Positions 9,478 to 19,069 of a stretch of 64,000 nt of DNA are shown here, one piece after another. The stretch spans positions 32,001-96,000 of IMG/VR virus record IMGVR_UViG_3300027736_000029. One strand, 5' to 3'. The position numbers and the translations under genes were made by a program. Origin of the DNA: a virus. Positions within the stretch are counted from its first letter, which is position 1, and the number at the start of each line of letters is the position of its first letter. The notes under the pieces were generated by a model. That model saw only the letters and a list, made by a program, of their open reading frames with translations. It had not been told where the DNA came from and ran no database searches.

Positions 9478-10239
9478 ATGATATTAAAATCACCAACAAG
9501 CAAACTATCAATAGTTAATTTATTTGCAGATTTCATATTAAATCAAATTCCAAAAGACGAGGAAAGTATTATCCAAGTCGCCGACTGTTTAAACTTTTAT
9601 GTAATCAAAGGTAAAACAACCTATAAAGAAACTTTGGACATTGCAAAAATAAAAGATGAATTCACCTCAAAGTTTAAAGAACAATTAGTTGACCTAAAAT
9701 TAACTCATACAATTGATTTAATCGATTATAATTCCAAATTGAACCCGTTAGATGAAATAACATTTTCATATCATAACAACTCAAGTAATTGCTCGTATCA
9801 TAAGCATCAGTGTGATGAATATTTAATTGATGATACAAAGTCTTACGACCATAACTTTCATGTAAAACCAATCTTGGAAGACAATAACTTAATTTTTTGT
9901 TCCGAGTTCCCTCATGGTTATTCATTGAAACAGGGAAGGTTGATGTATTACTACGGAAAACATATTTTCTATAACATCCCATACAACTATCCATTCTCAA
10001 CCTTGACATTCACGATGTCAACAAAAAAAGACGAATCAGGTGATAACCAATTCTCAGTTAAAAACTCACACCAAAAAGAAGATGAAACATTAAAGTCTGC
10101 AATCTTGGATGTATTTGATTTTGATATGTCTTGGTTAGAGACAGAAATGAAAAAAGTGGATTGGTCTATTGAATTAACCAACCCACTTCAGGAATACGAC
10201 CTTATTAAAAAGAAAGTAAAAGACTTTGTAATTTTTTAA
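9478..10239 (+). CDS. Hypothetical protein, possibly a degenerate S-adenosylmethionine synthetase fold
   Basis: Segments resembling MetK N- and C-terminal elements, but no GHPDK, GAGDQG or GGGAFSGKD motif. Confidence 0.45.
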   Translation: MILKSPTSKLSIVNLFADFILNQIPKDEESIIQVADCLNFYVIKGKTTYKETLDIAKIKDEFTSKFKEQLVDLKLTHTIDLIDYNSKLNPLDEITFSYHNNSSNCSYHKHQCDEYLIDDTKSYDHNFHVKPILEDNNLIFCSEFPHGYSLKQGRLMYYYGKHIFYNIPYNYPFSTLTFTMSTKKDESGDNQFSVKNSHQKEDETLKSAILDVFDFDMSWLETEMKKVDWSIELTNPLQEYDLIKKKVKDFVIF

Positions 10240-10541
10240 ATCAGACCAAGTTTTTGTCTGTGTTCCTGAATAATTGTAACCGCTTCACTTAATTCGTTGT
10301 AATTTCTTTCAGGAGCATATAAAAATGATTCATGTTTGTCGCCATCTTCTTCAATGATTAACATTGCCGGTATCATGTCATTCTCTGTAATCTCAACAAA
10401 GATATCATACTCATCTTTATAATCATCAATATCTCGGTCAAAAAATTCAATTCCCTCATTAGTTAACATTTCTTTAAAGTCAGTACAAAACGGACATCCG
10501 TTCATTGTATAGACAACCACATTTAAATCTTTCATACTCAT
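10236..10541 (-). CDS. Glutaredoxin
   Basis: VVYT..GCPFC...IP motif. Confidence 0.85.
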   Translation of the reverse strand: MSMKDLNVVVYTMNGCPFCTDFKEMLTNEGIEFFDRDIDDYKDEYDIFVEITENDMIPAMLIIEEDGDKHESFLYAPERNYNELSEAVTIIQEHRQKLGLI

Positions 10542-10861
10542 TAAGTAAGTAATTCAAGAACTTCTGTTGGTGACATTACACCCGCCCTTGAAAAGACTTC
10601 AGAACCTTCTTTGAATATTTTTATTGTTGGTACGCTTCTAACACCCAACTCCATCATAAATTTCATGTCGTTATCTACATCGAATTTATAAATATTATAC
10701 TTAGGTCTGTCAGTTGATTCACTAATTAATGATTCATTTACTTTACCCAAATTGCTTAACATAACTTTACATGGTCCACACCAAGTGGCATATAAATCTA
10801 ATACGAAGTTTTCTCCGTTGCTAATCTTTTCTCTAAGTTCATTTGTTGTTAATTGTTCCAT
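10541..10861 (-). CDS. trxA: Thioredoxin
   Basis: YATWCGPCK and VRSVPT. Confidence 0.92.
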   Translation of the reverse strand: MEQLTTNELREKISNGENFVLDLYATWCGPCKVMLSNLGKVNESLISESTDRPKYNIYKFDVDNDMKFMMELGVRSVPTIKIFKEGSEVFSRAGVMSPTEVLELLT

Positions 10862-11174
10862 TCTTATATGTTTTTAATAATTGTTTTATAAATAATTTTA
10901 ATTCGTTTAATTGTTCTTCTTTATAATAAATAACCAAAGTTTTCTTATCGACACAATCTTTAAATAAATATAAATAAAATGGTTGTTTGGTTTTATATAT
11001 TTTACTTTTGATTTTAATTTCATCCATTTCAAACTCCATCCAACTATCACTAAAAACTGTAGTAAATGCACGACCATCCAAGAACTTTATAAAGTCATCA
11101 GGAACCTCAAGTTCCAACGTTGAGAATAATTTTCCATCTTCAAGTTTTTCAATATATTCTGGTTTACTTACCAT
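10839..11174 (-). CDS. Hypothetical protein
   Basis: Overlaps both neighbours within the operon. Confidence 0.7.
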   Translation of the reverse strand: MVSKPEYIEKLEDGKLFSTLELEVPDDFIKFLDGRAFTTVFSDSWMEFEMDEIKIKSKIYKTKQPFYLYLFKDCVDKKTLVIYYKEEQLNELKLFIKQLLKTYKNGTINNK

Positions 11175-12820
11175 ATGTTCTCAATTTTGTCTTTATCCCA
11201 GACCAAACGGCCATCATCCCTCCAATAAGAAGTAGACTCAAGTTCCAAACCAGACTTGTGAACCTTTTTAATTTTGACTGTATCGAATTTTTCATCTTTA
11301 ACATAATATAACATACGTCCATCCAATTTAAATAGAACGTCATCCCATTCTTCAGTTAATTTCTTATTAAACCTACCCAAAGATTGAACTCGGTCAACAT
11401 AAATAGTCTTGGAAACTAACGCCTGACTTAATTTATATTCAACGGTGGCTCTAACATCTGAATCAACCCCACCCTGACGCAAAGACACAATCATTGAACC
11501 ACACTTACCAATATATGTTTTAACACAATTGGATTGAATTGCACTCTCCTGATTATAGCTCTTACTGTTATCCAACAACACAGGATAATAAACTTCACCA
11601 CCATGTTCAATTGGTTCACTTATGACCCGATAACTATAGTCAGGGTACTTACGATAGTAGGTACCTTCTCTATATGACTGTATTTTATCTACCCAATCCA
11701 AATGTTCACCCCTAAAATCACTTTTATCGTCATCAGATGACATCCATTTAATATTTGGTTCATACAACTTCAAATCACAATAAAATCTCATATGGTCATA
11801 GAATGTATGAGCGTCCAATGTACCATGTATAACAACATGTCTAAACAATTTAAACACACGTTTCAATTCTTCATTGGTGACAAATTCTTTAAAGTCTACA
11901 GGTAACGGATAATAATTAATGTTTGAATTCAAACATCCCAAAATTAACTCATAGTCTTGATTAACCCAATCGTCATTAAACATATTACGAGCCAAGGTAA
12001 GCATTGGAAGATTCAAACCTTCACAATTGTGTAAGGCTTTCTTAATCTGTTTACCCGATAACTCATTGCGTACCATAACGGCATCAACCATTCTATTATC
12101 AGTTTTCTTAAGAATTTTTTTAATCTCAGGTCCGAACCACTCATTCGTGTAAATATGGAAATTGTTAGGAAACTTAACCCCTCGTTTATTTAAATAAAAC
12201 TTAAATAACCTTTGATTATTGGTTAACACTCCAAAATTATCAATGGGGTCAATCGTTTGAATAAAAACTTCCAAAGCTTCTTGAGTACAATCCACATCAA
12301 GATTAGAATCCACACGTCTTATACAATTCCTAATTGACAAACTCAAATTATTCAAAGGTTCGCCAATAAAGTAATTTCTATTGATTCGTTTTTTTGATTT
12401 TCTTTTTAAGTGGTAGTTATCAATACCTCCAACATACACATCACCAGTCTTGGTGTTCACACTAATAAATTCAACGTGTTTAATTGTCTTGAACCAAACA
12501 ACACCCGGTCTTCTGTGTTTATAACCCCAGAATAATTTAATAGCAACTTTATCCCCATCTCTTTCAACTACAATAGTTACATTATTTCTAGTAACCGAAT
12601 ACAATTGGTCAGCAAATCGGGTAACAAACTCTTCCTCTGTTTTATTGGTTTTTTTATAAATAAATAATGGATGTTTTTTTGTTGGTTCAGGACCATCTTC
12701 AAGTTCAAAATTGAGGGTTTGACTTTGAATCATTCTCTTTACATAAGGGAACTCACTATAAGATTCGTGCTCAATAGTTTCATAGCTCACGAACTCTTTT
12801 TTGAATAACACCTCCTTCAT
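11168..12820 (-). CDS. PcfJ-like domain protein
   Basis: C-terminal E...Q.NCV.TY...IVSLR...RATVEY...Q..G..N pattern. Confidence 0.7.
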   Translation of the reverse strand: MKEVLFKKEFVSYETIEHESYSEFPYVKRMIQSQTLNFELEDGPEPTKKHPLFIYKKTNKTEEEFVTRFADQLYSVTRNNVTIVVERDGDKVAIKLFWGYKHRRPGVVWFKTIKHVEFISVNTKTGDVYVGGIDNYHLKRKSKKRINRNYFIGEPLNNLSLSIRNCIRRVDSNLDVDCTQEALEVFIQTIDPIDNFGVLTNNQRLFKFYLNKRGVKFPNNFHIYTNEWFGPEIKKILKKTDNRMVDAVMVRNELSGKQIKKALHNCEGLNLPMLTLARNMFNDDWVNQDYELILGCLNSNINYYPLPVDFKEFVTNEELKRVFKLFRHVVIHGTLDAHTFYDHMRFYCDLKLYEPNIKWMSSDDDKSDFRGEHLDWVDKIQSYREGTYYRKYPDYSYRVISEPIEHGGEVYYPVLLDNSKSYNQESAIQSNCVKTYIGKCGSMIVSLRQGGVDSDVRATVEYKLSQALVSKTIYVDRVQSLGRFNKKLTEEWDDVLFKLDGRMLYYVKDEKFDTVKIKKVHKSGLELESTSYWRDDGRLVWDKDKIENIW

Positions 12821-12834
12821 ATTACAAAGATAAT

Positions 12835-12867
12835 AAAAAAAGAATGGGAGACAAAATATCTCCCATT
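12835..12867 (-). terminator. Intrinsic terminator
   Basis: aatgggaga/tctcccatt stem plus U tract. Confidence 0.7.
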
Positions 12868-12879
12868 ATTTTATAAACC

Positions 12880-13164
12880 TTAATTCAAGATAATATTACC
12901 AAATTTTGTTTCCATGATAAAACTTTCCAACTTCTTCTTTGGTTTTTGTGGGTCACCTCCATTAACCACCACACAAATTTCAAGAATCTGTTTTTGAGTT
13001 AGTGACGGGTCATCACCTTTTTGAGTATTTTCTAAAGACATTAGTTTAACCTTTCGATAAAACTCATCTTCCTTCCCTTTGGGAATAAGTGTAAATAAGT
13101 CATCTGGATTTTCCCTGAAGAACTTGATGAAGTTATTCATGTATATTTCAACATCAACATTCAT
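12880..13164 (-). CDS. Hypothetical protein
   Basis: 94-aa ORF. Confidence 0.75.
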   Translation of the reverse strand: MNVDVEIYMNNFIKFFRENPDDLFTLIPKGKEDEFYRKVKLMSLENTQKGDDPSLTQKQILEICVVVNGGDPQKPKKKLESFIMETKFGNIILN

Positions 13165-13190
13165 TATAATAAAATTTAATAGTTAAACAA

Positions 13191-14510
13191 TTAATCTTGA
13201 AGGTCCCACATTCCTGGACCCATTTCAGTGCCCTTAGCCTTGATTGATTCAGGTACTTGTACGTTATTACTACCCTTAAGATTCAAGAAGTATAAACTTG
13301 GTAAATCTGCAATACAATCAGGAATACTTCTAAGTTTTTCGTTGTTGTTTAACGCCAAGAATCTTAATTTAGGTAAAGTACAGATTGAATCAGGTATGCT
13401 TTCAATACAATTATCCAAGATAATACCTGTTAAATCTTTGAATCTTCCAATTTCTTCAGGGATATTAATAATAAAACCATTTTTATCTCTGTTTTGAATA
13501 TGAAATTCTTTCAATGTGTTAGGTAAATTACCAATTAAATCATCCAATCCGTATAATCCAATAAATTTACCAACCGCACCATGACTGAAACTATCAATAA
13601 CTAATTTCTCACCACCAATTGTTAAACCTTTTGCAAATTCAGGTTTGAAGAAATTTTTCAACTCTGTCATTGGTCCGTTTAATAATTGAACCAAATCTTG
13701 TTGACGGTCATCCTTATCCATAAATTGATTCGATGGGAAGTGGAACTGATATCTATTTTTTGGTAATCCTGTTTCAGCAGTAACATCAGAGTCATTTGGG
13801 TTAAATATAACATATAAAGGACCATCTTTAATGTATCGGTTAAACCATTGGTCGGTACCAGGTGTTGAAGTACACCATCTAGTTTCTACATTGTTTCCTC
13901 CATAAAAACAAGCGGCCTCTTTACCTACAGGTCCTTTGTTTTCAATTTCAATAACTCTCCATGTTGGTCCATCAAATACCAATTTAGCTCCAGGGTGAAC
14001 AGGTGCTAACTTTCTTTCAGCCTTAGTTGTTGTCGCCAAAGTCAAGTCAAAGTCCTTAACCGTATCGTATAATGTGTCAGGAGTTAACTTATTGATATCT
14101 CTCATATCTTGAGGGATTTTACCTTTAAACTTTTCAAACTTTGCAAGGTCATCTGTAACCTTATATAAATCCTCCATGAAAGTGTCTTTCACTTGTTGAA
14201 CTTCACGTTCATAACCTGATTCACCAGGTTGTCTTTCGGTTTTTGGCATTAAGTATCGTTTAATCAACCATTGAACGTATTTACCAGCTTTAACCTTCTC
14301 AAGTTCTTTTGAGTCGGCGTTAGTTAAATCAACGTTATTTAACCTTGTTGTTGGGTCAGCTTCAACTAACTTGTTAAACTCTTCCCTGCTCATCTTAGGC
14401 TTTACCTTATTACCTTCTTTATCTTTAGATGGCTTAGTAAGTGCGTCAGACAACAATTCAAATCTTGATTGTTCTAAAATGACCTTTTTTAATATTGACG
14501 TGAATTTCAT
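13191..14510 (-). CDS. 'TxWC'-motif protein with C-terminal leucine-rich repeats
   Basis: ACFYGG...TRWCTS core; LRRs IPEEIGRFKDL.., IPDSICTLPKLRFLALNNN, IPDCIADLPSLYFLNLKGS. Confidence 0.8.
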   Translation of the reverse strand: MKFTSILKKVILEQSRFELLSDALTKPSKDKEGNKVKPKMSREEFNKLVEADPTTRLNNVDLTNADSKELEKVKAGKYVQWLIKRYLMPKTERQPGESGYEREVQQVKDTFMEDLYKVTDDLAKFEKFKGKIPQDMRDINKLTPDTLYDTVKDFDLTLATTTKAERKLAPVHPGAKLVFDGPTWRVIEIENKGPVGKEAACFYGGNNVETRWCTSTPGTDQWFNRYIKDGPLYVIFNPNDSDVTAETGLPKNRYQFHFPSNQFMDKDDRQQDLVQLLNGPMTELKNFFKPEFAKGLTIGGEKLVIDSFSHGAVGKFIGLYGLDDLIGNLPNTLKEFHIQNRDKNGFIINIPEEIGRFKDLTGIILDNCIESIPDSICTLPKLRFLALNNNEKLRSIPDCIADLPSLYFLNLKGSNNVQVPESIKAKGTEMGPGMWDLQD

Positions 14511-14556
14511 CTTTGTTATTTTATTACTATAAATATATTGACGATACAAAAATAAC

Positions 14557-15396
14557 TCAATAATTCAAGATTAACAACTCTTCCCCCATATTTTGTTTCG
14601 TTCCCTTCTTCGCGGCTGCGGCTTTTGCAAACTCTTTTCTCTCCCAACGGTACTGTTCTTCGGGAAACCATTCATGTAATAACTCAAAATCGTAGTAGGA
14701 TAAACTAAACTTACCTTGAACATTATGTAATACATTTGCAAGTCTTTCGTGGTCTTTTCTGTCGAAGTCATGGTTATTATAATAGTTCTCAGTCTTCCAA
14801 TATGGTGGGTCCAAATAGATATAGGTGGTTGGTGAATCATACTTTGTAATTACATCCGCAAAGTCCATATTCTCGACCTCAGTTATTTTTAAGAAATGTT
14901 CAACCCAATCAGGTTTAGATAACTTATCTCTAAATGTAAGGTACTTTGATTTGTATTTACCCTTTAAGTCTATGAATGAACTTGTCTCAGGTTTACTACC
15001 GCTAAACACTTGAGTTAAAACATAAGCATATTTTGCTGCAACATTATAATCAGGATAATTGATGGTAAATCCACTACCAAATACTTCAGATTGAAACTCT
15101 ACAAATTGTTCTTTATATATTGACGGTGTAGTTTCCTCACCGAATTGTTGACATGGAATTGAATTAATTGATTCCAATAATTGTTCAGGATTCTTGATAC
15201 ATTGAAATAAATTGTAGTTGAGTGGGTTAAAATCATTATAGACAACTTTCTTAAGATTTGGGAATTGCGTTAAATCCATGTTGAAGAAACACCAAAACAT
15301 TCCTCCGAATGTCTCAACATAAGTCTCCATATCTTTATCATAGAAAGGGACAATCCACTTTCCAATTTTACTTTTACCTCCGATGTATGATAGCAT
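14557..15396 (-). CDS. Dam/D12-family DNA adenine methyltransferase
   Basis: YIGGK, E.FGG, YND.N and YLDPPY motifs. Confidence 0.9.
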   Translation of the reverse strand: MLSYIGGKSKIGKWIVPFYDKDMETYVETFGGMFWCFFNMDLTQFPNLKKVVYNDFNPLNYNLFQCIKNPEQLLESINSIPCQQFGEETTPSIYKEQFVEFQSEVFGSGFTINYPDYNVAAKYAYVLTQVFSGSKPETSSFIDLKGKYKSKYLTFRDKLSKPDWVEHFLKITEVENMDFADVITKYDSPTTYIYLDPPYWKTENYYNNHDFDRKDHERLANVLHNVQGKFSLSYYDFELLHEWFPEEQYRWERKEFAKAAAAKKGTKQNMGEELLILNY

Positions 15397-15444
15397 ATTT
15401 TTACGTTTATACAAGTATAAGAAAAAAACATAAAAAGGCAAATT

Positions 15445-15627
15445 TTATTTGTAACAATTTTTGTATGGTCGACAAGATGCCTTCTGAGTAAATCCCATAT
15501 CTTTACATGAAGTAGATTCACAATAGGATTTACTATACTTACGAGGTTTCTTATATTCTTCTTGTTCTTTCTCGTCAAGATATTGATAAAGAACTCTTTT
15601 AATAATTTGCTCAATTAACATACTCAT
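15445..15627 (-). CDS. Small Cys-containing protein
   Basis: Four Cys in the C-terminal half; start may be ATG 15621. Confidence 0.7.
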   Translation of the reverse strand: MSMLIEQIIKRVLYQYLDEKEQEEYKKPRKYSKSYCESTSCKDMGFTQKASCRPYKNCYK

Positions 15628-15631
15628 AAAT

Positions 15632-15775
15632 ATGACAGAAGGTTGTAAAACATGTAAACAAAAAGGTCCTGGTAAATTTCAGATTGGAGCTATAGTATTA
15701 GGATTCTATGTATTAGGGATGACCATATACGGAACATATACTTTAGTTAACGATATTATTAGTTACTTTAAATAA
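15632..15775 (+). CDS. Small CxxC membrane protein (47 aa)
   Basis: [11 protein letters not shown]...[17 protein letters not shown]; fills the gap between two minus-strand genes. Confidence 0.6.
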   Translation: MTEGCKTCKQKGPGKFQIGAIVLGFYVLGMTIYGTYTLVNDIISYFK

Positions 15776-16700
15776 CTCGATTAAACTTAACATTTAGTTT
15801 AACGTACATATCACCGTCATTGAAACCTTTACCTTTCAATCTTAAAGGTTTAGATGAATCAAAAATAGGTAAAGCATTTATAACTAACTCTCCATTTGGA
15901 TGTGGTATAGTAAATTTGTCATCCTGTATCTCTTGTAGATTTAAAAACAAATTATAAATCAAATCATTATTCATTTTTTCAAACCCATCTTGACTAACCA
16001 TCGAGATTTGGACAACCAAATCACCATACTCCCCATTTCTAAAATCACCCAAACTCGCAAGTTTTAAGTATTGACCGTCATCAACTCCAACAGGTAATTT
16101 GACAGTAATTTCATGAGTAGTTGATTTAATACCTTTACCATCACAACTAAAACATCGATGTACTAAAGTATATCCTCTACCCGCACATGTTTGACATGCG
16201 GTTCTAATTTGTTGTACCATAAATCCAGTTCCAAATGTTTTAATTTGAAATCCGGCACCTCCACAGGTTCCACATTTCTGTTGTTCACCACCACTTCCAC
16301 TACAAACATCACAATGATTATCTTTCATGTAACGTATGACCTTATCAACCCCTTTAAACGACTCTAATGGACTAACCTGAACTTTAATTATCTTATCAGG
16401 TGCGGATTTTCTTTTTTGTTCAAAAGGATTATTACCTTGATTACCAAACATTTGATTAAATATGTCCTCGTAAGACACATTTCCATTACCCCCAAAAGGA
16501 TTGTTCATTTTGTTGTCGTATTGAACTCTCTTGGTTTCGTCACCAATAGTATCATAGGCGACTGAAATCTCTTTAAACTTTTCACCACCCTCAGGATTTA
16601 CGTCTGGATGGTATTGTTTACTTAGTTTTCTGTAAGCCTTCTTGATTTCATCTTGAGTGGCATCTTTACTTACGCCTAAAGTTTCGTAATAATTATTCAT
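15768..16700 (-). CDS. dnaJ: DnaJ co-chaperone
   Basis: J domain with HPD, four CxxCxGxG repeats, C-terminal domain. Confidence 0.95.
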   Translation of the reverse strand: MNNYYETLGVSKDATQDEIKKAYRKLSKQYHPDVNPEGGEKFKEISVAYDTIGDETKRVQYDNKMNNPFGGNGNVSYEDIFNQMFGNQGNNPFEQKRKSAPDKIIKVQVSPLESFKGVDKVIRYMKDNHCDVCSGSGGEQQKCGTCGGAGFQIKTFGTGFMVQQIRTACQTCAGRGYTLVHRCFSCDGKGIKSTTHEITVKLPVGVDDGQYLKLASLGDFRNGEYGDLVVQISMVSQDGFEKMNNDLIYNLFLNLQEIQDDKFTIPHPNGELVINALPIFDSSKPLRLKGKGFNDGDMYVKLNVKFNRVI

Positions 16701-16702
16701 AT

Positions 16703-17350
16703 ATGGAGAACTATTTGGTAGTCTTATTTAAAAATAAAAAAAGAAAACGAATAATAAAGAAGTTTGTCACTTTATCTCGCGCCAAATCGTTTTTTAATAA
16801 ACTAATCAGTGAATCTGATGAGGTAATCTTTGAAACTACCATTGAAAATGCTAAGGATTGTAAATTTGAATTGGGTATAATTGAAATGAGAACTAATCAA
16901 TCCTCACCAATATATGTAACAGATGAGTATGGTAGGAACGTTAAGGTTAAGTTAGAAGATGACGGTATGTCCATATTACAAATTAAGACCTATAAAGAAG
17001 AAGAATTGATTTATGACGTACAAAAGAAAATAAAAATAAGTTCAAAAGACCTGATTAAATCATATCTTAAAGGTGATGGTTTAAAAATGGTCTCAGTATT
17101 GAATAATAAAATTGTAATACAAAAAGATGATGACATTAAATTATTCTCATTGAAAAATGAAAAGGAGTCATCAAGATTTATTGATTGTCTTTCGTCACAC
17201 TTCTTTAAAATAAAAAGAGGTGACTGTCTTTTTATTAAAGACTATTCGTCACCTCAGAGAAAATATTTGTATAGTTTGTTAGAATCTAATGGATTTGATA
17301 AGAAAGTTCTTTACAGAAAGTTTACTACTTATCCTTCTCATCCAAAATGA
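16703..17350 (+). CDS. Hypothetical protein
   Basis: 215-aa ORF, head-to-head with dnaJ. Confidence 0.75.
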   Translation: MENYLVVLFKNKKRKRIIKKFVTLSRAKSFFNKLISESDEVIFETTIENAKDCKFELGIIEMRTNQSSPIYVTDEYGRNVKVKLEDDGMSILQIKTYKEEELIYDVQKKIKISSKDLIKSYLKGDGLKMVSVLNNKIVIQKDDDIKLFSLKNEKESSRFIDCLSSHFFKIKRGDCLFIKDYSSPQRKYLYSLLESNGFDKKVLYRKFTTYPSHPK

Positions 17351-17555
17351 AATGGAACTCGGTTCCTGATATATCCATTGAAAATTGTTTGTGGTGTCTG
17401 TCAACCTCTCTAAAATGACTAATAACACTGTTGTATTCACCTTTAGGTAATTCAAATATAATCGTACCCTTACCACTGAATAAAGTTTGAACTGATTCTG
17501 CAATCAATGCCAACTTTTCTATTGTCCTAAGAGAATTATCTTTATTTTCTTCCAT
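17325..17555 (-). CDS. Hypothetical protein
   Basis: Last gene of an overlapping minus-strand run. Confidence 0.65.
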   Translation of the reverse strand: MEENKDNSLRTIEKLALIAESVQTLFSGKGTIIFELPKGEYNSVISHFREVDRHHKQFSMDISGTEFHFILDEKDK

Positions 17556-17713
17556 ATACTTAATTTTTTTGGTTTAGGAAAAAGGTCGTCTTTATTAAGA
17601 CCTTTAATCTCTTTGATTATTTTTTCTTTACCCTTATCAAGTTCCTTTTTGTCCTTCAGTTTTTCACTGTTGAACCAATTCACTAATTGTTGACTCCTGT
17701 CCGTTTTGCTCAT
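17519..17713 (-). CDS. Small basic hypothetical protein
   Basis: Overlaps both neighbours. Confidence 0.6.
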   Translation of the reverse strand: MSKTDRSQQLVNWFNSEKLKDKKELDKGKEKIIKEIKGLNKDDLFPKPKKLSIWKKIKIILLGQ

Positions 17714-18125
17714 CTTCTAAATCTATTTCAGTTTCTAAATCAGTATCTAATTCATCCCCTACCTCAAAATCAAAATAAAGATTTTGTAGTTTATCTAAAT
17801 CAGTTTTTTCAAAAGTTTGTTTCAACTGTTCAACAGTTTGCTTAAACAGTCTTTCTTTCAATTCTCGTTCTTTGTTCAATTTAATAATCTTACCAATTTT
17901 AACAATGATTGAAGAAACTTCTTTTTCTCCGATTGGACTAATAAAGGTAATCCCTTTCATGTTTGGGTCCTCAACTTCAAATCCAACGACTTGACCTTCA
18001 TCAACAATACTTTTTGGTATTGACCACTTTGTTGGGAATTTCATATCAAAACTTAGATATGATTCCAATTTTCTAATTGAATGAATATATTCAACGAATG
18101 GTAATATTTCTTTATAAAAACTCAT
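17664..18125 (-). CDS. Hypothetical protein
   Basis: 153-aa ORF with acidic tail. Confidence 0.75.
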   Translation of the reverse strand: MSFYKEILPFVEYIHSIRKLESYLSFDMKFPTKWSIPKSIVDEGQVVGFEVEDPNMKGITFISPIGEKEVSSIIVKIGKIIKLNKERELKERLFKQTVEQLKQTFEKTDLDKLQNLYFDFEVGDELDTDLETEIDLEDEQNGQESTISELVQQ

Positions 18126-18310
18126 TTTTGTAATAGATATGTTATTAAATAACTAATTGATATTCCTAAAAGGAAAAGTTCCCTGTTACTAAGAACCAAT
18201 GGTTTTGGTTCTCTTTGTAACAGGGCTCTTAAAAATTTTAAGACATTAAGTAATGTCACTAATATTGTGAAAACAAATATAAAAAGATATATCGTATCAA
18301 TATTATGCAT
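18122..18310 (-). CDS. Small two-TM membrane protein
   Basis: Two hydrophobic segments; ATGA overlap with the next gene. Confidence 0.7.
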   Translation of the reverse strand: MHNIDTIYLFIFVFTILVTLLNVLKFLRALLQREPKPLVLSNRELFLLGISISYLITYLLQK

Positions 18311-18485
18311 TCTTGTCAGTCTTGTTGTGTTCTAAAATTTCTCCTCTTAATTGTTGAAGCAAAGCTTTCAACTCTTGTGCAGATTTTCTTGCTCTTGTAC
18401 CTGCGCTTTTGTTTCCTGCGAAAAATTTTGTAGTATCTACTGAAAGTAACTCAGATAATACTTTGATTTGTTCTAATGTTTCCAT
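18303..18485 (-). CDS. Histone H1-like (Hc1-type) small protein as found in Bacteroidota
   Basis: GNKSAGTRARK..ELK..L..LR motif. Confidence 0.8.
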   Translation of the reverse strand: METLEQIKVLSELLSVDTTKFFAGNKSAGTRARKSAQELKALLQQLRGEILEHNKTDKNA

Positions 18486-18560
18486 TTTTTTAATTTTCTA
18501 ATAGTTTATTTATAAACAAAATTATAAGTTTTTCCTATCTGGTGTAAATAGAATCGACAC

Positions 18561-19019
18561 TTATTCTGAATTTTTTTCAATTAATTTGTAAAGCTCGGTT
18601 AGTAAATCTAAATCAGATTTTGAATAAGTTATTCCAACGTCAAATATTTCATTTAAAAATTTTGAGATTGATTTTTTTAGACTACTTTCCGTTTGATTAT
18701 AAAAAGTATCCATAAAAAAAGATTGAAAATAATCTTTATGCTCTCCGTCAGATTTAATTATAATATTTTCCCTTTTAAAATTTTCAATTACTTTATTCCA
18801 ACACCATTCAAAATGTGAAAGATTGTCGTCATAAGATAAGGATATTTTGGTTTCAGAAGTACTGTCACCTAAATAGGTATCCATGATAATTTGATTTAAT
18901 GACTTAAAAAAATCGCCACATAAGTCAATCTTTTCATAAGTCATGTTATGAACATTAAACCAAATTATTAATTCTTCTTTAGGTAAAGGCTTGGTCATCC
19001 AATTAAAAAAATTCTCCAT
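18561..19019 (-). CDS. Hypothetical protein
   Basis: 152-aa ORF. Confidence 0.75.
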   Translation of the reverse strand: MENFFNWMTKPLPKEELIIWFNVHNMTYEKIDLCGDFFKSLNQIIMDTYLGDSTSETKISLSYDDNLSHFEWCWNKVIENFKRENIIIKSDGEHKDYFQSFFMDTFYNQTESSLKKSISKFLNEIFDVGITYSKSDLDLLTELYKLIEKNSE

Positions 19020-19041
19020 AGAGTATGAGTCTATGGAGAAT
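19005..19041 (-). terminator. Terminator-like hairpin containing the start codon of 18561-19019
   Basis: 12-bp perfect inverted repeat 19011-19022/19030-19041 followed by a U tract. Confidence 0.7.
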
Positions 19042-19069
19042 GTAATACAATTTTAATAAATGTGAATTT

